A stretch of DNA of 64,000 nucleotides from the human T2T-CHM13v2.0 reference genome, Homo sapiens, in the NCBI RefSeq assembly GCF_009914755.1, contig NC_060936.1, one strand, 5' to 3'. The translations under genes and the position numbers were made by a program. Each line of letters opens with the position of its first letter. The stretch's first letter is position 1. The notes beneath the pieces are model-generated. The model saw only the letters and a program-made list of their open reading frames with translations, was not told where the DNA came from and did not search any database. Below, in pieces: positions 1 to 16,420 of this stretch.

Positions 1-675
1 CGAGTCAAAGAAAGGGGTGACGGATGCACCTGGAAAATCGGGTCACTCCCACCCAAATACTGCGCTTTTCAGACCGGCTTAAAAAACGGTGCACCACGAG
101 ATTATATCCCGCACCTGGATCCGAAGGTCCTACGCCCACGGAGTCTCGCTGATTGTTAGCACCGCAGTCTGAGATCAAACTGCAAGGCGGCAGGGAGGCT
201 GGGGAAGGGGCGGCCGCCATTGCCCAGGCTTCCTTAGGTAAACAAAGCAGCCGGGAAGCTCGAACTGGGTGGAGCCCACCACAGCTCAAGGAGGCCTGCC
301 TGCCTCTGTAGGCTCCACCTCTGGGGTCAGGGCACAGACAAACAAAAAGACAGCAGTAACCTCTGCAGACTTAAATGTCCCTGTCTGACAGCTTTGAAGA
401 GAGCAGTGGTTCTCCCAGCACGCAGCTGGAGATCTGAGAACGGGCAGACTGCCTCCTCAAGTGGGTCCCTGACCCCTGACCCCCGAGCAGCCTAACTGGG
501 AGGCACCCCCCAGCAGGGGCACACTGACACCTCACACGGCAGGGTATTCCAACAGACCTGCAGCTGAGGGTCCTGTCTGTTAGAAGGAAAACTAACAAAC
601 AGAAAGGACATCCACACCAAAAACCCATCTGTACATCACCATCATCAAAGACCAAAAGTAGATAAAACCACAAAG
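1..675. promoter_or_regulatory. L1 5'UTR with internal sense promoter and antisense promoter region
   Basis: CpG-containing L1PA2-type 5'UTR upstream of the ORF1 ATG at 676; promoter function is inferred from family knowledge. Confidence 0.7.
5..220 (-). CDS. L1 ORF0 (primate-specific antisense ORF of the L1 5'UTR), 71 aa, open
   Basis: ATG at 220-218 and stop at 7-5; MAAAPSPASLPPCSLISDC...RFSRCIRHPFL matches the known ORF0 length and sequence. Confidence 0.85.
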   Translation of the reverse strand: MAAAPSPASLPPCSLISDCGANNQRDSVGVGPSDPGAGYNLVVHRFLSRSEKRSIWVGVTRFSRCIRHPFL

Positions 676-1692
676 ATGGGGAAAAAACAGAACAGAAAAA
701 CTGGAAACTCTAAAACGCAGAGCGCCTCTCCTCCTCCAAAGGAACGCAGTTCCTCACCAGCAACGGAACAAAGCTGGATGGAGAATGACTTTGACGAGCT
801 GAGAGAAGAAGGCTTCAGATAATCAAATTCCTCTGAGCTACGGGAGGACATACAAACCAAAGGCAAAGAAGTTGAAAACTTTGAAAAACATTTAGAAGAA
901 TGTATAACTAGAATAACCAATACAGAGAAGTGCTTAAAGGAGCTGAAGGAGCTGAAAACTAAGGCTCGAGAACTACGTGAAGAATGCAGAAGCCTCAGGA
1001 GCCGATGCGATCAACTGGAAGAAAGGGTATCAGCAATGGAAGATGAAATGAATGAAATGAAGCGAGAAGGGAAGTTTAGAGAAAAAAGAATAAAAAGAAA
1101 TGAGCAAAGCCTCCAAGAAATATGGGACTATGTGAAAAGACCAAATCTACGTCTGATTGGTGTACCTGAAAGTGATGGGGAGAATGGAACCAAGTTGGAA
1201 AACACTCTGCAGGATATTATCCAGGAGAACTTCCCCAATCTAGCAAGGCAGGCCAACATTCAGATTCAGGAAATACAGAGAACGCCACAAAGATACTCCT
1301 CGAGAAGAGCAACTCCAAGACACATAATTGTCAGATTCACCAAAGTTGAAATGAAGGAAAAAATGTTAAGGGCAGCCAGAGAGAAAGGTTAGGTTACCCA
1401 CAAAGGGAAGCCCATCAGACTAACAGCAGATCTCTCAGCAGAAACCCTACAAGCCAGAAGAGAGTGGGGGCCAATATTCAACATTCTTAAAGAAAAGAAT
1501 TTTCAACCCAGAATTTCATATCCAGCCAAACTAAGCTTCATAAGTGAAGGAGAAATAAAATACTTTACAGACAAGCAAATGCTGAGAGATTTTGTCACCA
1601 CCAGGCCTGCCCTAAAAGAGCTCCTGAAGGAAGCGCTAAACATGGAAAGGAACAACCGGTACCAGCTGCTGCAAAATCATGCCAAAATGTAA
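676..1692 (+). pseudogene. L1 ORF1 (RNA-binding chaperone), 338 codons, disrupted
   Basis: ATGGGGAAAAAACAG start, TAA at 1690-1692; in-frame stops TAA at 820-822 (codon 49) and TAG at 1390-1392 (codon 239). Confidence 0.95.
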
Positions 1693-1755
1693 AGACCATC
1701 GAGACTAGGAAGAAACTGCATCAACTAACGAGCAAAATCACCAGCTAACATCATA

Positions 1756-5582
<3,827 letters not shown>

Positions 5583-5824
5583 ACGATGAGATCACATGGA
5601 CACAGGAAGGGGAATATCACACTCTGGGGACTGTGGTGGGGTGGGGTGGGGGGAGGGGGCGGATAGCATCAGGAGATATACCTAATGCTAGATGAGGAGT
5701 TAGTGGGTGCAGCGCACCAGCATGGCACATGTATACATATGTAACTAACCTGCACAATGTGCACATGTACCCTGAAACATAAAGTATAATTAAAAAAAAA
5801 GAAAAAACATGTTTGAAGGTAACA

Positions 5825-6010
5825 AAAGAGTTTAAGTGTGATATTCTAAATCTTGGGTGCTTACTTGTCAATCAGTTGGAAATAAGGATCAAGTAGTTGT
5901 CTAAATTGATCTGGATTACACAAAAGTACGTAAGAGCGTGGATATAGTATTTAAAGCATTAAAGTGTGAAATAACCAAAGGAATAGATACAGACAGAGGG
6001 GAAAAAAAGG
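5825..6010 (-). mobile_element. Degenerate LINE-2 fragment (tentative)
   Basis: Weak resemblance to the L2 antisense pattern. Confidence 0.35.
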
Positions 6011-8247
6011 CTGCAGTAACATTAGAGTTTGAAAGATATCATGAAATAGCCCTTTTCTTTTTAAATTATAGTCTTTACATTTAAAACATCACTTGATCTC
6101 ACAGTCGATAGCTGAGCCAATAAAGTAGCTCTTCATCTTCTAGTTTTTAGTTAATAATTTAGTCATGTTCAGCTATCACAATAATTCAACTATCATTTAA
6201 TAATTCAGTAAAATTTCAAAATGGGTTTTTTTAATGCTCTCAGTTCACCCTTAGGGTAAATAATCTATACAGTGTGCATAGCATAATCAGGAAGGAGCAA
6301 ACATACTTTGAATCTCGAATGAAAGCCACCAAGAATATATGCTCCAAATAACTTTCCATCATTGGATTCAGGAATCATTACGTGCAATGTTAATGTGTGA
6401 GAATATGCAAATTCATGATTTCTACAACATTTTTTCCTATATTTAACTCACAGGTGTAACAGGCAGAAAAACAATATTTAGTATTTTTCTAGGAATAAGA
6501 GTGACAAGTTTTAAATTTTGCAGGTTTTAAAAAATTATTATGGTCATACAGGCAAAAAGTCAGTTTGCCAGAAAGAAATAGATGGCATACTCAAAGTGCG
6601 TAATTTGAGGCAGAGTTTAATAAAGAAGCAAAAGTGACAGCTAAGATTCAGAGTGGAAACTTGGTAAAGTCATAAAACGAGTAACGTGTGTAGTGATCAT
6701 TAACTTTTAACCCTTTCTGAACATAAAGTTCACAGATTTAAGATAGTATCACACTTTCACATATACCCTCACTGTTTGAACAAGTCAATTGAATTTTCCA
6801 AATTTTTCAATTTTTTTTCCAATTGAACAATTTGGGAAAACAAAGTCCAAATCTCAAAACCTTTCAGCAGACCAATTTATGTACATAAAACTTTGGAGGT
6901 TAATGTTTCAGAGTAAAAATCTGTTGCTCTATTAGAAAAGAACAATAAAGGTCAGGGTCTGCATGGTATTTAATACAGTTATAATTACTTATGAGAACAG
7001 TGTCTAAAATATTTAATTTTTTTACATTTATGGGAAATAGAAACTTTCTTACCAAATATGTTGGCAGTTAATGAGGGAGACTGATAGTTAATTATAACAA
7101 CTGAGATATTTCAAAGGTGTAAGGGCATGTTCTAAATAATGATGCTAGGAACTTGCACCATGAGTGCTTGTGGTCGCTGTGCTTGATGTACTTCCTCAGG
7201 GCTTCATGTCTTTGACATCTCCTTTCTCTTTCCACTATCCTAATTCAGCCTTATTTCAGAGTCAGAGTCAGTCACCTCTCAGAGCTGGGCCACGAATCAG
7301 ACATGTACGTACAATGTCCTCAGCATCCATAGATGAAGGAACTCTTACATACAAGGAGATTGCAGGGGTTCGTTATTTCTCTAATCTTGTCTGGGTATAC
7401 TCACCATGCCTCATATCCTCATTATCATTCTTCATCATCCAATATAAAAGATCATCCACCCTTCTATCTTTTCCTACATTGTTATTTGTGTAATGCTTTG
7501 AGATTCCTTTCCCTGACCAAACTTACAAATTTCTTACTACCATTTCTCGTAACTGAAAAAATTCTAGAAGAATCTAAATGTGTGTATCTCCTCCCGTAGT
7601 TAGCAGTGAAATTACTTTAAGATGGTCAGTAGTACAATGCTTGAATTAGTGCAAGCTCATAGGCCTAATTTTGTAAAATATAGATTTGAATTTTAAGCAT
7701 GTTGGGTTGGTGAGGCAGACTTAGAGATAAGTACTTAGAATCACAGGAAAACCCAGTTAGTGTCACAAAAGTGAAATACAGCACTTCCTCTTGGGGGCAA
7801 CCCGATGAGGTAGAAACTCATTGCTCATGCTGCCATTGTCAAGACTTGCTAGCAGAAACACCGTCTCGCCGTTCTTCCAGGCATCTTAGACAATTCAAGT
7901 ATACTGAGGTGAGGTTTTAAATGCTACCCTTTTGCTTCCTTATTGCATACTAAGCACCAATGGATAGATTAGAGTAGGAAGGGTGCTCTCTACCTAAATG
8001 CCAAGAGCTTTCTTTGTCTTATTGGCAAAGGCAAGGTGGGGGTAGTACATGACAGTATAAGTATTTTTGAGGAAACAATGATCAAACTGTAATTTAGATT
8101 TGTCCAAAGACTTATACTAAATAGGTTTTCCTACCACTTCTGCTTCTTCACTAAATGTCTCACTGACATCCTTACTGCTGCTGGAAACTAGCTCTTCCCT
8201 TAAGATTGCACTCCCATTGAGGCCCAGTGAATGAAAACTGTCCAATT

Positions 8248-8641
8248 TGTCCTTAGTCACCTTATGTTACTATAGCAGAATTACACATATTTGCTAATTG
8301 ATAACAGAAATTTATTTCTCACAGTTCTGGAGGCTGAGAACTGCAGGTCATGGTACTGGCAGGTTTGATGTCTGCTAAGGTCCCAGTTTCCTTTTCCAAG
8401 ATTATACCATGATTGCTCCACCCTGCAGAGGGGAGAAATGCTGTTCCTCATGTGGCAGAGTAACAGAAGAGAGAGAAGCCCCTCCCGCAATCCTTTTTTA
8501 TAGCAGCACGAATGCATTCATGAGGGTAGAGCGCTCATAATCTAAACATCTCCAATTAGGCCCACCGCCCAACTCTGTTGCACTGGGAATTAAGCTTCTA
8601 ATGTAGGGATTTGAAAGGGACAAGATCATTTGAACATAGCA
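8248..8641 (-). mobile_element. MLT1A-like MaLR solo LTR
   Basis: TGTC.TTAGTC start, AGAAATTTATTTCTCACAGTTCTGGAGGCTG core, ACATAGCA end, ~390 bp. Confidence 0.8.
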
Positions 8642-9444
8642 GAAATGGTCTTTGGACAGCTAACTCTAAATCACAACATTTTTTTCATGATACCTTCAGA
8701 AATATTCATCTTAAATGAGTATTTCCAGCCACCTCAGCTTCTTCCTTAAATGTCCTATTTACATTTCCACTACAACTGGAAACTAGGTCTTCCTTTAGAC
8801 TGCAGTCCCATTGATGTCACATCTAGTGAAAGCTATTTAATCTCTCATTCACCATATTCTATAACACATGGTTTGCGACTGGAGGTTGGCACACTCTTCC
8901 CTCCCCGTGTTAATTTTGGACTATTACTTGGCCACTCAAATACAAAACTGTGCTCCTTTTAAAGTTAACGTAACATGGCTGTGTCAATCACCTCTTTTTA
9001 TAGGTGTTATCTTCTGAACTCTACGTGACAATTTATTATCCATTGAATGTTTTCGTATTTGGGTCATTATTTGACTCTTCTTCCAATATCTTCTAATATC
9101 GATAGAAGATAGGAAAATTCTATGGATTTGTTTCTCAGTTCTTTGTCCTTTTATGTCTAATGCTCTTATTTAAGTCTACATTTGCCAGCCATTTTGCTGT
9201 GTCCTCAAAATTCATTCACCTCTGACACAGAGATTCTAGACAACCAGTTACCACTACTTTTCATTCTTCCTTTTTACGTCGTTACCACTTTACACGTGGT
9301 CTTCTAAGCATTGAGTCCTTTCTTATATTACCTAACAGTGTTTCTCTACCCTCCTCAATCTTTTTTGTTTGTTTCCATGAACTGTTACCTAAAAACATTT
9401 AATAATTAGTTAAACCCGTTATAACACACATCTCTTATTAGATG

Positions 9445-9712
9445 TTATCAGAGGTTGGGGTACTCTAGATACAGAGATATGGCCTCTTATAAATTGATTT
9501 ATTGGGAAGTACTCAGAGGAACAACATCTTTAGAGGAGTGCGGGGAAAAAAAAGGAATGGGTCAAATAAAGATCAATTGCAGTGTTGTTGCAATGAAGTA
9601 CTAGTTGCTCATCCCGTGAACTTTGAAGTTTAGATGACCCTGCAGAGCTCAAATTGAGATAATAGGTCTTGGCCTCTATATATCCACCATCTTCATCATC
9701 AGCCAGACTCAA
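9445..9712. mobile_element. Ancient ERVL LTR fragment (LTR16-like, tentative)
   Basis: TTTATTGGGAAGTACTC..AACAACATC motif resembles the LTR16 family. Confidence 0.4.
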
Positions 9713-10231
9713 GTTTGAACACGTTTAAGAGTTTTAGTAGCCATACACATATTCTTCTTGCTGAAGTAATAAACTTTGTCTAATTTCTATTGTTATTTTT
9801 TCTCGTTAAATCATTTTAATGTACTTCTATGTGATATAAATATTTTCAATCTATCACTAGTATTTCACAATTTTTTCTGTTATTTTTCAAGTTTGTTTAT
9901 GATATATTTGGAAAAATTAAATAACTATAAAAATAAGATATTTATGTAGTCAAATATCCAGCTTTACGAAATTATAAATTGGTGTTTACAGTCTTACGGG
10001 AAAAGATTTTCCCAAGCACTGGGTAATAGATATTTTCTAAAATTTGAGTTTTGGTATTTTAGCCCTCATTAAAACACAAACCTACTTTTATCTGTGGTAA
10101 AATGATTGTACCCTTAATTTTATTCTTGGTACCTGGGCAAATATTCATGCACAGTGATTAACAAATATTTTATAATCCTGATATATGCTAAATTATAGGA
10201 CTCTCTTCTTGACAGATAAAATTGTCTTTCA

Positions 10232-10357
<126 letters not shown>

Positions 10358-10504
10358 TTGTCTTTCAAAATAAGGATTACTTTTTAAAGGATCTTCGTAG
10401 TTATTGGTGTTTTGTAAGGTTCAAGTTTATTCCTCTAAATAAACCCTGCATAAAAGTTTTAAATGCGTACATTATTAAATAACTAAAAGCTTAAAGTAAA
10501 CCTC

Positions 10505-10796
10505 TTTTTTTTTTTTAGAGACGGAGTCTCACACTGTTGCCCAGGCTGGAGTGCAGTGGCGCGATCTAGTCTCACTGCAAGCTCCGCCTCCCAGGTTCAC
10601 GCCATTCTCCTGCCTCAGCCTCCCGAGTAGCTGGGACTACAGGCCGCCACTACGCCCAGCTAATTTTTTTGTATTTTTAGTAGAGATGGGGTTTCACCAT
10701 GTTAGCCAGGATGGTCTCGATCTCCTGAGCTCGTGATCCACCCGCCTCGGCCTCCCAAAGTGCTGGGATTGGAGGCGTGAGCCACCATGCCCGGCC
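10505..10796 (-). mobile_element. AluY
   Basis: AluY diagnostics GCAAGCTCCGCC, TTCACGCCATTC and CTCGTGATCC; TSD GTAAACCTCTT at 10496-10506 and 10797-10807. Confidence 0.92.
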
Positions 10797-10809
10797 GTAA
10801 ACCTCTTAT

Positions 10810-12170
10810 GTTTTAAAAAACTATTGAAATAACAAAAACATAAGCAAAAAAAGTAGAAAATGGGAATTAAAAATTTTTAAAGCTAAAATCAATGAAACAA
10901 AAATTTAAAAAGATAAGACAATTAACCTTTTTTTTACAGAAAAGAATTTTTTTTCAAAATAGAAAATGAATAAATAACAACTACCTATGAGAAGAACTTA
11001 AAAAAATTATAAAAGAACATCAAGTGCAATGTTATTTTAAAAAGAAAAAGGGAATTACAATGCTAGAAAAGATTATCAAGGTGTAAGTAATCAAATCTAA
11101 GTAAACAAGAACTAGAAAATTAGAATCACTGAATTATCTGAAAATAGGGAAAGGCGACAGCTTGTTTTGAAAGTCATCCATCCAAAGTATTTATTTTAGT
11201 TATATTTCACCTTTAAATAACATTGTCTCTTAACAATGACGTCACACCATGAAAAAGAAAGGTAAAGTTCTCCCCCAAAATTTATCAAGAAATTTTTTAT
11301 ATTTAAAATAATGAATGTCTAAAAAAATTACATCAAATTCAGCATCCATAACCCCTAAAATCCATATACATTAAAACAAAGCAAATTTTATTTCAATGGG
11401 AAAATATTTTTAAAGCTATATCTATTAAAATTTAGAACAAGATAAGGTTACCTACTGTCACTATTATTACTGAACATTGTTTTTGAAGCTCTAGCAAATC
11501 AGGTAAAAACATAAAATAAAAAAAAGTTGCAGATATTAGTATAGAAACACTTTTCTTCTTCAAATAATTTATCTCAAAAAACCAAGCTCTAGTTTTACTT
11601 GAGATTTGAATTTACTTAACAGTGAAATTTGTCAACCTTGCTATGTATAAAAAAAAATTTAAAGCCAATGATTTTTCAATATTAGCAATAACAAAATTAG
11701 GAATGTAGAAATGTTTATCTACAAAGTTTTTAAAATAAAACTGAATTACTCAGAAATAAATAAAGAATAACAGTGCAAGAGCCATATTTCAAAAGTAAAA
11801 CTTCTTAATAAAGGATGTAAATAAAAAGGAAAAAATTGAAAGGCATACCATGTTTTTGGGCAGAAATACTTAATATCACAAAATGCTAATTGTACTGAGA
11901 TGCATATATATAATGAAAATATGATTACCAATTTATTTGGCGTTCTAACTGGAATATCTCTAATTTTAAGTCTTTATACAATAGGACAGATGACAGAGAA
12001 GATTCAAAACGATGACAATAACAGAAAACGAATAGTGAATGTAAGAATAGACTTATTAATTATTAAATAAATTATAAATCCACTTACCTAAATTCAGTAT
12101 TGACAAAAGACTAGACCAATAAATTATTTGAATCAAATAATCCAGATCCCATTTTGTCTAGGAAAAAAAT
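10810..12170 (+). mobile_element. Highly degenerate L1M ORF2 fragment
   Basis: A-rich; RT-region remnant AGAACAAGATAAGGTTACCTACTGTCACTATTATT..AACATTGTTTTTGAAGCTCTAGC at ~11430-11500. Confidence 0.6.
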
Positions 12171-12179
12171 TAAATTGCA

Positions 12180-12335
12180 GCACATATAAATATGCTTATG
12201 CATATATACATACTTTATACATGTACACAGGTATAATTTGTATGTATGTATGTTTGCACATATATATAAGTATACTTCATTTTATGTATAGCCCGTGACC
12301 TTTCAGAATATATATGTGTATATATACAAAAATAT
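12180..12335. repeat. Low-complexity (TA/CATA/TGTA) tract
   Basis: Direct inspection. Confidence 0.6.
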
Positions 12336-15300
12336 GGAGATCTGGCAAGATGGCCAAATAGGAAGAGCTCTGGTCTGCAGCTCCCAGCGAGACCAATGCA
12401 GAAGTTGGGGGATTTCTATATTTCCAACTGAGATACGCAGTTCATCTCACTGGGACTGGTTAGGCAGTGATTACAGCCCGCGGAGGGCAAGCAGAAGCAG
12501 GGTAGGGTGTAGAATCACCCAGGAAGTGCAAGGAGCTGGGGATCTCCTCCCTAAGCCAAGGGAAGCCATGAGGGACTGTGCTATCCAGGCCAGATACTAT
12601 ACTTTTCCCACGGTTTTCGCCATCCTCACAACAGGAGATTCCATTATGTGCTGACACCACCAGACTCTGGGTTTCAAGCACAAAACTGGGTGGCTGTCTG
12701 GGCAGACACCAAGCTAGCTGCAGGAGTTTTTTTGTTTGTTTGTTTTCATACCCAGTGGTGCCTGGAACTCCAGCAAGACAGAACAGTTCACTCCCCTCAA
12801 AAGGGGGCTGAAGCCAGAGAGCCAAGTGGTCTCACTCAGCGGGTCCCACTCCCATAGAGCCCAGCAAGCTAAGGATCACTGGCTTGAAATTCTCACTGCC
12901 AGCACAGCCGTTTGAAGTCTACCTGGGACAATCGAGCTTGGTGGGGAGAAGGGCGTCCACCATTACTGAGGCTTGAGTAGGCGGTTTTCCCATGACAGTG
13001 TTAAAGAGGCCGGGAAGTCTGGACTGGGTAGAACTTACCACAGTGTGGCAAAGCGGCTGTGGCCAGACTGCCTCTCTAGATTCCTCCTCACTGGACAGGG
13101 CATCTCTGAAAAAAGGCAGCAGCCCCAGTCAGGGGCTAATAGATGAAACTCCCATCTCCCTGTGACAGAGCACCTGGGGGAAGGGGAGGCTGTGGGCGCA
13201 GCTTCAGCGGACTTAAACGTTCCTGTTTGCCGGCTCTGGAGAGAGAAGCGGATCCTGATAAGGAGAATCCTCTCAGCACAGTGCCCAAGCTCTGCCAAGA
13301 GACAGACTGCCTCCTCAAGTGCCTCCTGACTGGGAGACACTTCCCAGCAGGGGTCGACGACACCTAATGCAGGAGAGCTCCAGCTGACATCAGGTTGGTG
13401 CCCCTCTGGAACGAACCTTCCAGAGGAAGTAGTAGGTAGCAATATTTGTTCTTCTGCAGCCTCCGCTGGCGATACCCAGTCTGAAGTGGATTTCCAGCAA
13501 ACTACAACAGACCTGCAGAAGTGGGCCTGACTGTTCGAAGAAAAACAAAGAGAAAGCAATAACAACAACAGCAACAAAACGGACCCCTACACAAAAACCC
13601 CATCCAAAGGTCATCAGCCTCAAGGATCAAAGGTAGATAAATCCATGAAGATGAGAAAAAAAACAGCAAAAAGAAAATGCTGAAAATTCCAAAAACCGTA
13701 ATGTCTCTTCTCCTCCAAATGATTGCACCTCCTCTCCAGCAAGGGCACAAAACTGCATGGAGAATGAACTTGATGAATTGACAGAAGTAGGCTTCAGAAG
13801 ATGGGTAATAACAAATTCCTCCGAGCTAAAGGAGCATGTTTTAACTCAATGCAAGGAAGCTAAAGCCCTTGATAAAAGGTTACAGGAACTGCTAACCAGA
13901 ATAACCAGTTTAGAGAAGAATATAAATGACCTGATGGAGCTGAAAAACACAGTACGAGAACTTCGTGAAACATGCACAAATACCAATAGCTAAGTAGATC
14001 AAATGGAAGAAAGGATATCAGAGATTGAAGATCAACTTACTGAAATAAGGCATGAAGACAAAATTAGAGAAAGAAGAATGAAAAGTATTGAACAAAGCCA
14101 TCAAGAAATATGGTACTACGTGAAAAGACCAAACCTACAATTGATTGGCATATCTGAAAGTGGTGGGGAGAATGGAACCAAGTTGGAAAACACACTTCAG
14201 GATATTACTCAGGAGAACTGCCCCAACCTAGCAAGGCAGGCCAACATTCCAATTCAGGAAATACAGAGAGAACCACTAAGGTACTCCTCGAGAAAAGCAA
14301 CTCCAAGACACATAATTGTCAGATTCTCCAAACTGAAATGAAGGAAAAAATGTTAAGAGCTGCAGAGAAAAAGGTCAGGTTACCTACAAAGAGAAGCCCA
14401 GCAGACTAACAGTGGATCTCTCTACAGAAACAATTCAGAAGAGAGTGGGGGCCAATACTCAACATACTTAAAGAAAAGAATTTTCAACCCAGAATTTCAT
14501 ATCCAGCCAAACTAAGCTTCATAAGTGAAAGAGAAATAAAATCGTTTATAGACAAGCAAGTGCTGAGGGATTTTGTCACCATGCACCCATTACAGGAGCA
14601 CCCAGATTTATAAAGCAAGTTCTTAGAGATGCACAAAGAGACTTAGACTCCCACACAATAATAGTAGGAAACTTTAACACCCACCGGTCAGTATTAGAAA
14701 GATCAGTGAGACAGAAAATTAACAAGGATTTTCAGGACTTGAACTCAGCTCTGGACCAAGTAGACCTAATAGGCATCTACAGAACTCTCCAACCCAAATC
14801 AACAGAATATACAGAATATATTCTTCTCAGTACCACATCACACTTATTCTAAAATCAACCCCATTATTGGAAGTAAAACACCCTTCAGCAAATTCAAAAG
14901 AATAGAAATCATAACAAACAGTCTCCCGGACCACAATGCAATCAAATTAGAACTCAGGATTAAGAAACTCACTCAAAACTGCACAACTACATGAAAACTG
15001 AACAACCTGCTCCTGAATGACTATTGCGTAAATAGTGAAATTAAGGCAGAAGTAAAGTTCTTTGAAACCAATGAGAACAAAGAGACAATGCACTAGAATC
15101 TCTGGGACACAGCTAAAGTAGTGTTAAGAGGAAAATTTATAGCACTAAATGCCCACAACAGAAAGCTGGAAAGATCTAAAACTGACGCCCTAACATCACT
15201 ATTTAAAGAACTAGAGAAGCAAGAGCAAAGAAATTCAAAAGCTAGCAGAAGACAAAAAATAACTAAGATCAGAGCAGAACTGAAGAAGACAGAGACAGGA

Positions 15301-16420
15301 AAAACCCTTCAAAAAATAAATGAATCCAGAAGCTGGCTTTTTTGAAAAAAATAACAAAACAGATAGACCTCTAGATAGAATGATAAAGAAGGAAATAGAG
15401 AAGAATCAAATAGACACAATAAAAAATGATAAAGAGGATATCACCACTAATCCCACAGATATACAAACAACCATCAGAGAATACTATAGACACCTCTATG
15501 CAAATAAACTAGAAAATCTAGAAGAAATGGATAAATTCCTGGACACATACACCCTCACAAGATTAATCAGGGAAAAGTCAAATCCCTGAATAGACCAATA
15601 ATAAGTTTTGAAATTGAGACAGTTGTTAATAGCCTACCAATCAAAAACAGCCCAAGACCAGATGGATTCACAGCCAAATTCTACCAGAGGTACATAGAAG
15701 AGCTGGTACCATTCCTTCTGAAACTATTCCAAACAATAGAAAAAGAGGAATTGCTCCCGAACTCATTTTTTGAGGCCAGCATCATCCTGATACCAAAACC
15801 TGGCAGAGGCACAACACACAAAAAATTTCAGGCCAATAACCCTGATGAACACTGATGTGAAAATCCCCAATAAAATACTGGCAAACCAAATCCAGCAGCA
15901 TATCAAAAAGCTTATCCATCACAATCAAGTCGGTTTCGTCCCTGGGATGCAAGGCTAGTTCAACATATGCAAATCAATAAACATAATCCATCACATAAAC
16001 AGAAGCAATGAGAAAAGCCCCACGATTATCCCAATAAATGCAGAAAAGGCCTTTGATAAAAGTCAACACTCTTTCTTGCTAAAAACTCTCAATAAACAAG
16101 GTACTGATGGAACGTATCTCAAAATAATAAGAGCTATTTATAACAAATCCATAGTCAATATCATATTGAATGGGCAAAAGCTGGAAGCATTCCCTTTGAA
16201 AACCGGCACAAGACAAGGATGTCCTCTATCACCACTCCTATTCCACATAGTATTGGAAGTTCTGGCCAGGGCAATCAGGCAAAAGAAACTATCATCAGAG
16301 TGAACAGGCAACTTACAGAATAGGAGAAAATTTTTGCAATCTATCCGTCTGACAAAGGGCTAATATCCAGCATCTACAAGGAACTTAAACAAATTTACAA
16401 GAAAAAAACAAACAACCCTA
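12336..16420 (+). mobile_element. L1PA7/8-like LINE-1 with intact 5' end, two internal deletions and missing 3' end
   Basis: GGCAAGATGGCCAAATAGGAA 5' start; ORF1 from 13651; deletion junctions at ~14581 and ~16283; ends abruptly at AACAACCC with no 3'UTR or polyA. Confidence 0.9.

Noticed and set aside
7164-7599. 109-aa and 88-aa overlapping ORFs
   Set aside because: No recognisable domain, non-ATG start for the longer one, and lengths compatible with chance.
12295-13750. Cluster of overlapping ORFs up to 180 aa
   Set aside because: Chance ORFs in a GC-richer L1 5'UTR; the same pattern occurs at 49480-50527 and 56194-57227.
14801-14820. Short tandem duplications (also ~21450-21476, ~22542-22560, ~27304, ~39151)
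   Set aside because: Ordinary 7-15 bp slippage duplications.
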